A DNA stretch of 45,542 bases, counting the filler, from Sphacelaria rigidula (Eukaryota), in NCBI GenBank assembly GCA_964200075.2. It is 2 parts of 2 records of this genome, joined end to end, with 100 filler letters (N's around TTAATTAATTAA, not from the genome) between each part and the next. Parts side by side here need not be neighbours in the genome. Positions count along the whole stretch, not along the records: positions 1 to 22,726 come from CAXNAA020000315.1; 1 more part is not named here. The stretch is one strand, 5' to 3'. Positions within the stretch are counted from its first letter, which is position 1, and every line of letters starts with the position of its first letter. The position numbers were made by a program, and so were the translations under genes. A model generated the notes under the pieces. It had not been told where the DNA came from. It was given only the letters and a program-made list of their open reading frames with translations, and did no database searches. Shown piece by piece: positions 1-13,302 of the stretch.

Positions 1-378
1 CATTTTTACGGCCAACGAACAGCCCAACGAGTGCGAGTGCCACGAGTCACACTCGTGCTCGTCCGACGCAAGAACGCCTTGTTGTACGTGTGCACATTGT
101 TGTTGAGGCAAACCCCTTCTACTCCGCTGTTTGGACCTCCACATGGCAATAAGGAGAGAGAGCAACGAATGGGGAATCATCAAGTGAGAACGAGTATCCT
201 GTCCGAGTAAACGATATGTTTCCCTACGCGTGAAACTGAAAGGAATGGACTAAGAGTGCTAAAGCTTATTGGAAACAACACAGGCACTGATCAACCGGGT
301 TGTCCGGTGGTGCTCAGGGCTTGCTGAGCGTGTTCGTTATACACACCCTTGCTGACCTCTTCACAGCGTCCTCAACAG

Positions 379-3300
379 GAGATTGAGCCTCGACCCCGTG
401 TTGACGTTTATTGAATGGGGACGCCATCTGTAAAGCAGATGAAATATGCGCGACGGCGGATGGTTGCTGCTGCCAAACTACGACTCCTTGTTGAAAAACT
501 GGATGAGGGTCTCAGTCGCACCATTGTCCAGGTCAGCCGTTCACTGTATGCCTCGAAAGTGCTGAGAGTGGTGATGCGCAGCTCGTGCTTACCATTCAGG
601 TACACACTTGATGTTCAGGGTGCGCTTCTTACTAATTGTAATATCGATGATTGCGGGGAAAATAGTCCAATCTCAAAAGTAGGCTTCTAACGGAGTTGAT
701 TCCAAGTCATTTTCGGTGTCGGTCCCCGAGGTTACTGGGCAAGTAGGAGGAAAGATCTGCGAAAAACCGAGATGATGCAGAAACTTTGTTGTCGTTCGTT
801 CGCGCTAAATCAACTTGAATTTTGAGTACCCACAACGCATTTTCTGCACACGATAGTTTGGTTATGTGTTCAAACCTCCGGCCTGAAGTAACAGCCCTGA
901 ACTAGTTCACCTACCGTACAAACGTACGACATTACCTGAAAATTTTAAACGACGACATGTTCCTTGTCGATCAGCGGTGCACTCCCCTACACAACCGGCG
1001 CATACACAGTCGGTGACATCCGTAGTCACGACCAAGCGGATACTACAATGTAATGTAAACGATAGCCGTGAGATTGAAGGTCGTTGTGGACCCCTCGTGT
1101 TTCACCCACTCCAGATGGGCGACGACGAAATGGAGGAATTCATAGCGGCCGACTTGGAAGATGCTGCCACTGGATACCTCGCCACCGCCAGGTATGTGGT
1201 AGTCCATGAAATCGTTGCGCAATGACAAGCCTTAAATAACGCATATCGTGTACGATACATTCATTTAACTAGGATTCTGTCAAGACAGGGAGGATACACC
1301 GACGAACATGAAGTCGTGGGTCTACCGCCGCCACTGGATGACCTAGTGGGGGCTCGTTTACTACGTGCTGGTGGTTTTGTCTACAGCTTATCCGACTTAT
1401 GCTTGCTCCTTCTCCACGGGAACAGCCTTCAAATGACAATACGTGACCCGTGCGTGCGACATCCACTCACCGCTGCATGTTAGCATGTAAGTAACGCGAC
1501 TCTCTGTAATATAGGCTACTCACGCTGAGGGAACTACTTGGCCGTAACATCAGTGTAGATAGCCCATCTCGCCCGTTGCTTGCATTTCCCGCACCCAGGA
1601 AGCTGGGTAAACGAGTCAAAACTAAACCCGCCGAGGATAAGATGAAGAATGCGACGGAGAGAGTTCGACACATTGAGAAGAGCAAGGTGCGAGCTACTTA
1701 CTGGATGCTTCTTGCGTAGTACCATTCTTATGTTTTCACCGTTTCATTGTATTTTATTTCATTTGCTCTTTACTTTCCTTTTCTTTTCCCTTTTTTTTGT
1801 TTTAGGTCGGCCATTTATTTTTGTGCTTTGCTTGTGTTGCCTTATTTATTATTTTTTTTGTGACGACTTAGTCTGCTACTGTATGTCGTTCTGTTCGACC
1901 TCTTTTTTTTCCTGTTCCTTCTTCCCATCATTTACCGCACCATGTTTCAATTTCGTTTTTCTTGGGTACGTCCATCATGAGATCACGGCTGGATCCCTGG
2001 GGTGTCAGTTAAAATGCGACAATCAATTTGTGTCCCCAGCTATTAGCAATTACTGGGTCAGTCGACAGCAACTGCTGGATCCACCGGGACAACAGCCTTG
2101 TAGCCCTGCTCTATTTCACGGCTGTGTACAAGGCAACGGCTGACTCTGTTTAAGCCCAGCCGTTCAATATATTGCTAGGTGTCGGCACCCACATGTGGAA
2201 AGTGGCACAGCAGCGTCGATATGGTGGCCAAGGTCCGGCATGTGTACGACTCACACACCGTGCCCTTGAGTCGCAGAGTCCATCACAATCGCTAGACACG
2301 CCGCTAGCAACATCTCGTAATAGAGAAAAGGAACGCAACACCTTGCTTGTCGAACCGATGTGCTCACGTTCGCACGTGTTAACTACTATTCACTCAACAT
2401 CGTATTTCGTGCACACGCTGCTTGTATGCTCCTGACTGTGACGCTTACGTGGACTTTCCTTGGGCGGAAACATGACTATTAATACAACAGGAAACGGTTG
2501 GGTTTTTCAAGAGAATCGTGAGATCGCACGACCTTGAACTCTGCAGAGCCGTGCACAAGCTGACTAAGGAGCAAATGGATCGAATAGTGCGCGTGAACCA
2601 TGAGAAGTTCAGGTGAACTTTCACCACAGAGAAAGAAATCCAGCAACCCCCCCCCCCTCTACTGCTTGACAAACTAACGCTTCTCTATTGTTGACAAGTG
2701 ACGCACACGTGACCGCCGCAGTGAGAAAAAATAGACTTCTGCACTTATCCTGAGAGGTTTTATCGTACTCTCGAAGAAGTGGACCAGTGCCATCCTGGAC
2801 CAAGCACCACGTAAGACATGAGCACGTGGCGAAATCGAATCCGATGAGGGAACGGAGATCACCGTGCGCATGGTCCTGTGTGTCAAGTAATACGGAATAT
2901 CCTGATGGTGTGTTGGGTACGGTATTTCCTACATTTCGATATTTTGAAAGGTCGTACTCCAGGCACACAAAACTTGGGCAGCGTGTTGAGATCGCACCCA
3001 ACAATACTCTGGTATTGGGTAGAGTAATGCTATCGTACCCATATTTTACCGACATTTGGATGGAGTTCGGAGGTCAACCATCGCAACATAAATTAGAGAT
3101 AGTGAATACCCGAGTATATATCCTACCCAACATATCCTTGGAACATTCTGCACCCGGCTGCCCCTGTGCGTTTGGTGTCACAACAGTGGGTTTCCCAGGC
3201 AAAAAAAAACGAAAGGAGCCGCTGGTAGTTCGGCAATGGCAGCAACAGGACAATCTAAACGTGCCGTGAATCACGACTTCGCCACACCGCGTGTGAAAAG

Positions 3301-6300
3301 CGCGGCGAAGAGCAGAAAGGCTGTCGCTCTCCTCAATAAAATTGTGGATGCAAAAGACGATCTTTTGAAGAACGCCATTGTCTCCATGGATAAAAGCGCT
3401 CGCAACCATCTCATCAGCAAGAACAACGACTTCGTGAAATTTGTGAGATGGTATTTACTCATCCCCGGAATTTGTCATTAGTTAGGAGTTATCATGAGCT
3501 ATTTCGATGGTATATCCTCATATAGAGGTCGGATCCATGTTGAATCTTTGACCGCTAGATTCGGTCGTCTGGGCCTTCACATTTTTTTTCAAATAAAATG
3601 GTGCCGATTCAATAACCGAACCACCCTGGCGGTCAACGAGTAATCTAGCGGCGCGCCTGAACCAAACGTTACCCCCCGCCGTTAGCTCGACTGAAAGCGA
3701 CATTACCTTTACATGCGGAGAAGTACCCCTGGCCGTAGCATTATGGTGTACTACCTCAATTTGACTCGGGTATCGACGTGGCGCTGTTGAGTTTCCAGGG
3801 TATAATCCGTCAATATGTACAGGTGGGCGAGCAGCTTCATCTCATCTACTCCCAACTACGAGCATGATTCACTGGTCAAGGTATCCCAAAACCTCCACTT
3901 GGTATTTTGCGTGGCAGGAAGAACAACGAAAGAAGCAACGGGAGGAGTTTGCTTCGGCCAGAAGAACGATCACTCCCGCCCAACACAAGTTCGCCACGGA
4001 GAGGGTGAAGCAGGTTCGCTCCTTCCAAGCATTGTGCGACTTCCACCTTAGCCAATCAGCAAACTGTGGCCTACCAACTACCAAAAAGCTCTTCCGAGGA
4101 TGTTCGTTAGCGGATGTGGCCCACATTATGGAGAATAACCATATAATGATATATAGAATGAGGGGAAAATGGGTGTCACCTGATACCACTATACGCCGTC
4201 TGTTCTCACTCACAGTCAAGAGTGTGTTGGTGTTGGTTACTGGCCCGATAATGTGTCGCGGTTTCATCACTTGATCCTCGTGGGTCAAATGAATAACAAC
4301 CCACCGGGCCAACGTGACACGTTCGCTTTCGCCAGGATTTCTGGGAAACAAGAAGGTGGACGTACCGCAGCAGGATGTCCACGGGTAGTGCATACAAAAA
4401 CTTGGCGAATAGATGAGTGCTTCCTAAGTATCGCTGTCTGTGTGCTCGGTAATCTGTCGTTTGGACAACACGCTGTGCTTGCACTGCACAGTGCTGTGCT
4501 ACGCCGTGCTGTTTGTGCAGAATAGTAGGTAGAGGTGACGGGATGAAAGGGCGACAAAAGGCTGTAGTTTTGGGAACAACAGTTGACTCACTTCAAAGGC
4601 GGTGATATATTGAATATATAATAGCAGCAATAAATCAACACCGCAGCTTCACACATGATCGTTTGTGTATTGGTTGCGGGAGCTATGGCTTTCCTCTTCA
4701 AGAGCGGTCTCTCATATTCAAGCCGTGCAGTGCTTAATATCGCAATGTTCCCCCAGCGAACTACAACACACTTCGTATACGCCGAACTTGCCCGTTCGCC
4801 AGTCGCCAACTGGTTATCTATTCTCGTTTCTGCAACTCGCAGCGCGCTGGGCACGAAATCTGCGTGCAAAGGACAGTATCGTAGCAGAGTGTCCGCTTTC
4901 CTCAGGCTGAAACTTTCACTGTAAGTAGAAGACATGTACTGCAGTCAAGATGTTTCTGGTCGATGATATCGTGGATTGAGGTCGAAGCAGGGTCTTGACC
5001 TCGTGCACACTGGAGTGTCATCACCTGGCGATTGTACAGTCGTGCAGTAAAACGACCCCATCAGAAAGTGGGGTCCCAGTCAAAGGTAGGCAATATTTGC
5101 TTGCACTACATCATCTGTACGTGGAACACCCGCGGTGTATTTGTTTCGGAAGACAAGAAACGGTGGGTAACGCAGCCTGTTCTGAAATCTTCAGATGATA
5201 GCTTCGTAACCTTTTATGTGCTGTCAAGCACATGGGATCAATACAGTGCACTCTAGATGTGCGCATATACTCTGCCCCGCGTTGGCTCATCTCTTGCTGA
5301 CGTGTCGATCGTTGGGAGCAACGTTCGGGATGCAATTGCAGGTGGTTAGGGCGAAGGCGGCCTCCGAAGTATTTGAAGCAATAACCAGGTCAAAGCACAA
5401 AAAGTTAGCGGGTATGATCAAGAAGGTACCGAAGACGGACAAAGACACATTTCTCAAGCAGGTGAGAATATCTTGTTTTATCGTTCATGACGTGAAATCG
5501 GCATCTTTTTGTGATGAAGGTCCATATTGTCGTGAAGCGATCCAAGTGTTCACCGTGGGGAAATCTCGTCCACTATCTGCAGAAAACTGTAGCTCTCCGA
5601 AAAGGGAAATATACTCGTAGCCAAGATGCTTCTTCAATGGCTGTCGAGGCGTCTGGTCAGGTATTTCTCATATCGTCTGCTGCTTCGTGGTTGACGGCTT
5701 TCGTTGTCGTTTTCCTCTTCGGTGGGAGCAGATATCAGGCGAACGCAACAACATGCTTCAGAAGGTCCAATCTCAAGCCGTAGTCGTGCCCAAGCGGAAA
5801 CAGAAGGGCAAGAAAAACATGGATACCGCACGGTACATCCGGGGAGAGGTAGGTGTGTTGAGAGCATGGTAAGGGAGCACACCCAAAGACGACTCACCTC
5901 AAGGGGGTGGGGGGGGGCAAGCCCACGACACAATCTCATCCGTGTCAACACACTTGGGAGTTCAGTTGGCCTCATCTCTCTGCCCAAGACTGCGAGTGTC
6001 GAGTACATTTTCTTTCTCAGGCCTGGGAGCTCCGCCTTGAAAACGTTGAGCACCAAAACCACCTATTAAATTCACTTAGTCACAGATATAGAGGCCCACA
6101 CCAACTACCAGATGGGCGGTCGGCCCTTAGCGCTTGGGTTGCTTCAACTCACAGCCTGAAACGCTCCGTTCATATCTCCTTGAGGAGTTTCGCAGCCCTG
6201 AGCATCTGAATATCACTCCAACTGACCCCCTTCAGGTGTACCAGCTTCCCCAACAGCGATGAACTGAGGTTGGAAAGCATGTCTCGTGCCGGGGGAAACG

Positions 6301-8383
6301 CTGTCGACACTATTCAGTCGATCAGAACGACATACCGCAGCTTCAACGTAGGACTACCTGAAAGAAACGAGAGCAATGAAGTTCGGTAGTATTGGTGTAG
6401 TGTCTTCATTTTCCTCGTGAGGTGGGCAGGGGGCTTTTGTTTTCGAGGGTGGACACAGTTGACCCTGATTTACCCCTCCCCCCCCCTCATCATCATTTTT
6501 CACTGTCGAACAGTGAAGGAATTCAATATTGTCGCATACGTTCGTAGCTGCTCAGGTGACGAGTCTTGCTCAGCTACCCATGGCGTGATAAACATCGCAC
6601 CCCGTCTCCTCCCATCACCCAAGCAGATAATGGTCTTGAGGCGGAAGGTGATGAAAGACGTGAAAAATGCCATCCAGGAGAAGGACCTTGAACTCAAAGA
6701 CTTCGTAGGCCATATGGACGAACAGCAGATGGAGCGCACTCTGACGGACTGTGTGCCGTCGGGGGTGGACGATCTTACCTTGTGGAAACGCGATCGTCAG
6801 AAGCGACCCTGGCGGCGGTTGTCTGCATTCGGTCTTGTTAGAGACGACCCCGCTTTGTATCGTCGATGGAAACAACAGAGGTGTGATGTAGTGGCCAATT
6901 CGATTGAAAACAAGTATTGACGAAGGGTGTTCAAGCGAGTAGCTTCAATTTTTTCTTCTCGGCGTCGAAGGGGCGTGCGGTTGCATCAATGAAAGACGAC
7001 CAGGGACGTGCCAAAACGAAAACACGTTTGCTCACGAGCTATAGACATCGCTCCACTCGCAATATCCTGAATACACGGTCCAATAGCATTTTGGTCGGGC
7101 TTTCGAGTGGGAAAGCGTGTTAAACTATTGCAATTACACACCGAAGTTATGAGAAAGCTGAACATGAATAGTAGAACTCTTGTCTACGACTCTTTAAAGG
7201 CATGTTTTCCTTTTTTCTCAGGCAAGAGCGAAAGTCAGCGACGGTGGAGAGGGCACAAGGACGGCAGCAGCACACTATGCTCGGCTCCACATTAACGGCT
7301 GGCGCTACACGTCGCCAACCTTGGTCGACTGATCTGCATTACGTGCGCCCAACGCTACCATGCGAAAAAAACGGCGCAAATAGCAATGCGGCAGAATCGC
7401 AAGAAGCACATGAGGCCGATTCTCCACATAAACCTCGAACCACGGGCGATCAAGCCGTACCGGAGTTAGCTCCAAGCAAAGGCGACGGAGGTAGCACAAC
7501 CACAGAGCGTGCTACTGCCAGCATGCCGACATCTGGTACAGTGGTGATCGCACGAGCTCGACCGGCCTCAGCACCTCCAGTTCGACGCAGCGTAACCTCC
7601 CGTCGTCGTTTGACGCGCGGCACGCCTCCTGTAACACGCCCGCCGGAAGCACCGCCGGCGAGCTCACGAACTCCAGGCCTCGCGCGACTTGCTCGAGTAT
7701 TTTATCAATCCAGCTTGGCGTCCAGCAGTACTCCCGTTGTGCATTACACGTCAGAAGTACAAAGAGGACGTGCCCCCCAAGACAACATTTGCCCGCACAA
7801 CGACAGCACAGTGGTAGCTGAAGAACACTCGTCACAACATCAAGCACCATCTTGTGCACCCGAGGTACAAAAGTTTCCTAATAATGTTGCTGAGGAATGC
7901 CATGTGGGAAGCGGGTATCGAACACGGGAATCGGATCGGAATCATGGCAACGCATCGCAACCCACGCGTACCATAGGCATAGGTAAGGGAGGCACGGGAA
8001 TGTGTTGCAACAGAGGTGGGACAGAGGGCAGCCGCAGGAGAAGAGAAATATTTAAAGACAGGAACAACAATGCTACTACTCATAGCAGTGCACAGAGAAC
8101 CCCGACAAAGAGTAGCTTAGATATGGTAGAAGAGCGACTGGAAGAAGTAAGGCTGCTGTGGGAGGCATCGCAGCTCTCGGCCGAGGCTGTGACGAGAAAT
8201 ATAATGAATGGGTATGTTGAGCGGAGACGTGCGAGAGAGCCAAACCGACGGGGAAGAAGGTTTTTTTCCCCAGCACTAGGTCAGCCACCTCAACCGTCGG
8301 GACCCCTTCAAGAACCCACGACGGGGATGTCAGCCGTCGAGGTCGAGGGGGACTCAACAACCGTTGTGTCCTCACGTAACTAG
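379..8383 (+). pseudogene. Unrecognised multi-exon gene or degenerating pseudogene encoding a repeated helical module (possibly carried by a transposon)
   Basis: Exons 1115-1191, 1515-1686 and 2491-2612 have AG/GT boundaries and join in frame (MGDDEMEEFIAAD...R LLTLRELLG...KMKNATERVRHIEKSK ETVGFFKRIVRSHDLEL...). Further exon-like blocks lie at ~379-599, 2699-, 3199-3450, ~3823-4200, ~5340-5461, ~5730-5848, ~6514-6880 and 7222-8383 (S/T/P/R-rich terminal exon). In-frame TGA codons at 412-414 and 2751-2753 suggest decay. No family recognised; the full exon chain is not resolved. Confidence 0.55.
1740..2026 (+). mobile_element. 3' UTR/tail fragment of the same LINE family, in an intron of the left-hand gene
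   Basis: ttaggtcggccatttattt..gtgctttgct and gggtacgtccatcatgagatcacggctggatccctgggg..tgcgacaatcaat match the reverse complement of 41870-42100. Confidence 0.8.
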
Positions 8384-9387
8384 TGGACTCATTGATAATC
8401 GAACTTGTAGGCGATGTGATTTGTTCAAAGAAGACCCATGATGTAGGGCATTCACCCGGTGGTTTATACTAGAAACTGTGTAGTCCACGCACTAGAATTT
8501 TGTGTGGCTTGAGGGTGGCTATATGTCGAACCTCCGCTTACAGTGTGTGTTGACGATGGTACAATATTTGAGAGAACCTCCCGCGAGTACTGCTGGATTC
8601 GCACTCAAGATGAGTGGCTGTGTAAATGATACTTCGAAGGTCAGCGCTTTACTCATCTCCTATCCAAAGCCTGCATGTATGACCTTCCTCGTGAATTCAC
8701 ATCCCGTATAACGACACGCATCACATGAGAAACACTTAGTATAGACCACGGACACCGCAACACAGGCAACCACGAAATGAGGCACATTTAAATGACCTAC
8801 CACAACAGTAATACTCAGCAGTTAGCGTAATATACTGTATGTACCCGTCAGGTGTTGGCCCTTGGAGCGCCCGCATATGGACGGGATGTCTGAGTCTGAA
8901 AGTTATCAAGAAGTGGACAGCACGATGTCAACTTGACACATGAACCCACCTCGGCGGCGAAGGGGCTTAATTTGGGTGGTAAATCATCATGCCAACATTG
9001 GTCAGAAAGGGTTACACAGCTCAAATATCAAGGCGTGAGTGATCACCCGGCCAATATAATGATACTCGGAGGTAAACGTGCACCATTCTGACCCCTGATA
9101 TATCTTTACCTTATCTAATCGGTTGTTGACTTCCTTCCTTGGCTTGCAGCCTGAGCGATGATCATCACTACGAGTAGCTGTGTTCTCGCACGTTTTCTGC
9201 TCGGTCCTTGGGCTTCATTTCACCCTTTTTGTCTTTTACGTCTCTCACTCCCCCCCCCCCCCCCTCTTCTCTCTCTTCACCTCCGTACCCATTGTCTTAC
9301 GTATATTTCTCATCTTTTTAAAACGTGGCACTGCTCGCGCCTCGCTCCTGCAGGGCTCATGTGTGAGGGTTCGTGCTCAAATAGTGT

Positions 9388-10455
9388 TGGACTAAGACGA
9401 AAAAAAGGGGAAAAACAGAATCAAAAAGGAAAGAGAAGGAAATCAAGGAAAGAACTGGCTGATATTTACCACATGGCCTCGGCGTACAAGGTCCTCCGGA
9501 GAACCGCACTCATACCCAGTCGTAGAAGACAAAAGGTGAAAAAAGAAGCGAGGTACCACACTGCTCTGCCGTACACCGGCAGAAAAGAACACACATATAG
9601 CGAGAAATATGGGGGAAAAGGAAAAAACAGGGGAGGAGATTACAGCAGTGAAATCCAAAGAATTCAGGGCAGCAGAGTAGAAAAACACAGACACACACCG
9701 GGGGGCGCCGCAAAGCCACCGACTAAGAACACAATCAACAACCGATATAAGCAGACACAGTATTCTTAGATTGGCGGTCTTGACGCAGCAGCCTCTCGCT
9801 TGTGGCGACGGTCCGACTCCCGTTTGTCCACGCGTCGCCACGTGTCCTCAAACTCTTCCGTTCCTATTTTGACTCCAATAGGTCACTTGGTCATGTTCTT
9901 TGCTGTAGTGACCCAATCGTATGCATCGTTAACCTCTGCACCGTATACGAACCATTTCCGTCGTGCTCCCTTGTACGGAACAGCCCCTAGTGCACGTAGG
10001 TTCTCCTGGAGGTTCTCCTCCCATCGCTTGGGGGGGCGACCGGCCTCCTTGGGCCCTCGTGTGGTTAACCGTCCGTTCATGATGGGTTTCGGAAGGCGTG
10101 TTTTTCTGTGCCGGACAAGGCTTCCCGCGAACCAGAGTAGTAGTTGACGTTTGCGGATAGTCGTCTCGATGCGTTCGCAGTTGGTCATCTCGAGCACCGA
10201 AAGTCGACACTGGGAGCTCGACCTCTCAAACAAGCGTCCGACTGGGTGGCAAGCAATACAAATGCCGCGGCGCTGTGGATGGTAAACAAGCAGAATTCGT
10301 CATTTTATTGACCCCCCTCCCCCCGGAAATACAGCCTGGTCCGGCGAGAACCCGGCGTGCTCCGTCCCGGCTTTGTAGGGGCGGACCCCCGTTGGGGTTG
10401 GCGTCGGTTGGCGATGACGCTGTGCAACACGGCACTCACTGCGTAAGCTAGGCAA
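9388..10455 (-). mobile_element. Degenerate RTE-like non-LTR retrotransposon (LINE) remnant: ORF C-terminus plus 3' UTR
   Basis: 9883-10210 translates IETTIRKRQLLLWFAGSLVRHRKTRLPKPIMNGRLTTRGPKEAGRPPKRWEENL, typical of the region C-terminal to the RT of RTE-clade LINEs (RLPK..M.G...GRP.KRW). Closely similar sequence lies at 42200-42588. The RT core is absent. Confidence 0.8.
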
Positions 10456-11045
10456 CCAGGTTACCGTTTTTTGTGCGCGCTTGCGTTCTTTTTTGTGGTC
10501 ACCAAGATGGTAGTCGAGCTAGATCATGTTGTGCGACGTCGGAGACCATCAACTCCGCACAACGGGGATGATCGTATTACGTAGTGTTTAAATGGTGAGA
10601 CATCCATGAGGCAGGGTATAAGCCGTGGCTGTCTTTGGAAGTGGCGATGTCAGAAAATGAAGCAACTCATCGCAGGCTGTCATTCGAATGCAAGATAATC
10701 AGCAGAAATCTTAGCAGGATGCGGCTCACCCTTCATGCCACTCGCCGAACAGACCACGCTCTTAAATCGTCACAAAACTTAGTCGTGGGGGTTTGATCCC
10801 CGTCACTTTCACTCCGAGAAGGGCGACTCCCCTTGCCAGCGCTCTATCGACTGCAGCTCCTCTAGTGTTGTCACTCCTCATCGTACCCTTTAGTTACTCG
10901 TCTCCCCGACTCATTTCCAGAGTGTGTGCACTGGGGTCCTTCGCAGTACACTCCAAACATAGCCACCAGGCTATACCCCATCCTTTTTCTTTTGGGCCAA
11001 TTTTTTATCATAGGTTTTCTCTCCTCTTTTTTCTTAAAAAAATAT

Positions 11046-11110
11046 GCGTCCGACGGGAATCGAATCAGCGACTAGCTTTTGCGACGTTGATCAACTAGAC
11101 TACTGACCAG
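11046..11110 (-). mobile_element. tRNA-derived SINE head or tRNA pseudogene fragment
   Basis: Minus strand reads gtagtctagttgatc..gctgattcgattcccgtcggacgca-ttttt: A-box-like and B-box-like (TTCGATTCC) elements followed by a T-run. No intact cloverleaf. Confidence 0.45.
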
Positions 11111-13302
11111 TCAACGCTAACTAGTCAGTGGTGTAGTTGGTTGTGTCTTAAACCGTCACAGAGTAAAAATATGTTTTTTTTTCTCTCAAGGTCAACAACC
11201 AAACACTGCGGAATTCAGCCGACAGCGACTTTAGTGTGGAACATATTGAGGCGAGGGCGCAACAGCAGAGGCGGTAAAACACGACGAGGAGGCCTTTCAG
11301 AAGGCTTAGAACTTTCCAGCATCAAGATCCAGTGATGATGGCGAGGGTGATTGATTAAGGATACAGTAGTACAGTAGTAGGCAACTTTCTTTATTTCGAC
11401 GTGCTTGTGCTTTTGCCCCCGGGAAAGGGGCGAAACATACGATCATTTTCGGGCCGACTGATTTTCCTTCGGCCGTGTGGAGTAATTAAAAAAGCGACAC
11501 AGCGACATCTGTTGAAAAAAAGCTGATTTTAACTGAACACACGCATCGGAACTTAGAGGACTAGCAGTATTCCTTTTTACTTCCTCTTTTTGGCATTGTA
11601 AGTCAACTTAAATACTTCGTACTTCTTTTGTATTTTTTTATTTTGTATCGCTTGTGTGTGATTTTTTCTGGGTCGGATTTTATTTCATGATTATTTTCTG
11701 TTACCCGAGCTTGGGGTAGTTGGGCAGTGAGCACGGGAGGCGTCCGCACCAGATGCCCAATACAGAGTACTGCGCAGATATCGGAACGGTTTTTCATGTG
11801 AAGACAGCAACAAACAACAACAAATAACAATGAAAACATGACAAAGAAAGCATGACAAAAATCGAAACAGTGTCGGACGCACGGCTAAAAGGGTTCGTAC
11901 AAACTTGACTACACACGGTCGTGGACTATCTATACTGGTTACAATACTAAAATCAAGTAATTCGTCGATTCTGGACCAACTCGAAGCAGGTTCTCCCACC
12001 CCTCCGTTCCACCCCTCCCGCCTCCCCATTGGATTTCGACACCCTGGCGGGTTCTGCTCCTTCATACTTTGTGTTCACTACTCCTTCAAGTCTAGCCCGA
12101 AACAGTCCTTCTTACTAGCGAGCCGCGACACACGCACTACTGCTGCTGGTGAAATAGGCATCAGGAGATACCAGACAACAACACAGAAGGTGGAAGGCAC
12201 TGACTATTCAGCCCTCTCGAGGAGAGCCACCAGTATCAACGTTCCGCGATCCGTCCAGCGCGAGTGAAGTCCAAAGCTTGGATATCGCAGCACACATCGT
12301 CTTCACCTGCGGAGCTACCGTTTCTATTAAAATTCACAGGTGAGGACCGAAGCAGTCTACAAGTACCGCAAACAAACATGCGCACAGCACATGCTCAGCG
12401 AAGCCAGCCCAACGAGGTATATCCTCTAACACTGTTGAAATATTGTCATAACCTGATGTTACCCCGCTTTTTTCAGAAAGGCGTTTTTATCGAGATTGGG
12501 TGGGCATCGCGTTTGGGAGGTAGGCGCACTGAGCACTAAGGGTTGGAGCTGCTGGCTGAGCCGGACACGGGTAAGTGGAGCTTGATGTAGACTATGCACA
12601 TGCAACATAACACCAGCGATTTTCTTCAACTATATTGCTCTTATGAAGCGATTTCAGGGCCAGCAAGAAGGCAGCTGTGTTTTTTTTCTTGGGGCAAAAC
12701 GGTTTGTGCGGCGAGCAGTAATCGTGTGTGTGGGCTGTACAAAGAGGAGGCTGCTGCCGTGCTCCTGCTGCTGCTGGAGGGCTTGGATACAGGGAGCATG
12801 AGCCATGTGGCTAGTATAGTACTATTTTAATTCCCCTCTTGTCGTGGCCCTTGCGAATGAACCGCTTCTGATGCTTGGGTAAACTGATCACGGCGCGAGG
12901 CCGACATCTGCTGTACTGTGTCGTCTTGTGTGCTTGGTACCGCCCAGACAGCAAAATGATACAAGTCACTCAGGACAAATCAGTACAGTACAGTACAGTG
13001 CAGTGCGGGTACTGAGGGACTCGTACTGTACTGTTCGTCAAGCTGGAGGCCTTGGCCAGGAGAGCGAGAGGCCTTCAGCCGCTTGGGTAGCAAACGTGCC
13101 CATTGACATCAAGTTGAAAATGCAGCAATTCCCAGAAGCCAACCTGATCGTTGTCCAGCTTTGTCGGTCTATGCTCGATACCCTGCTCACTATCGTGGGT
13201 TACAGGAACAAGAACCACGCCTTGATCGTTATTCGGTACCACCTGTACTTGTTGTCGCATCGTGGGGGTGGGCACGTTGCGACCCGTTTCGGCAGGTTGA
13301 CC

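Noticed and set aside
9158-9769. 203-aa Lys/Arg-rich ORF
   Set aside because: Antisense reading of low-complexity LINE 3' UTR sequence.
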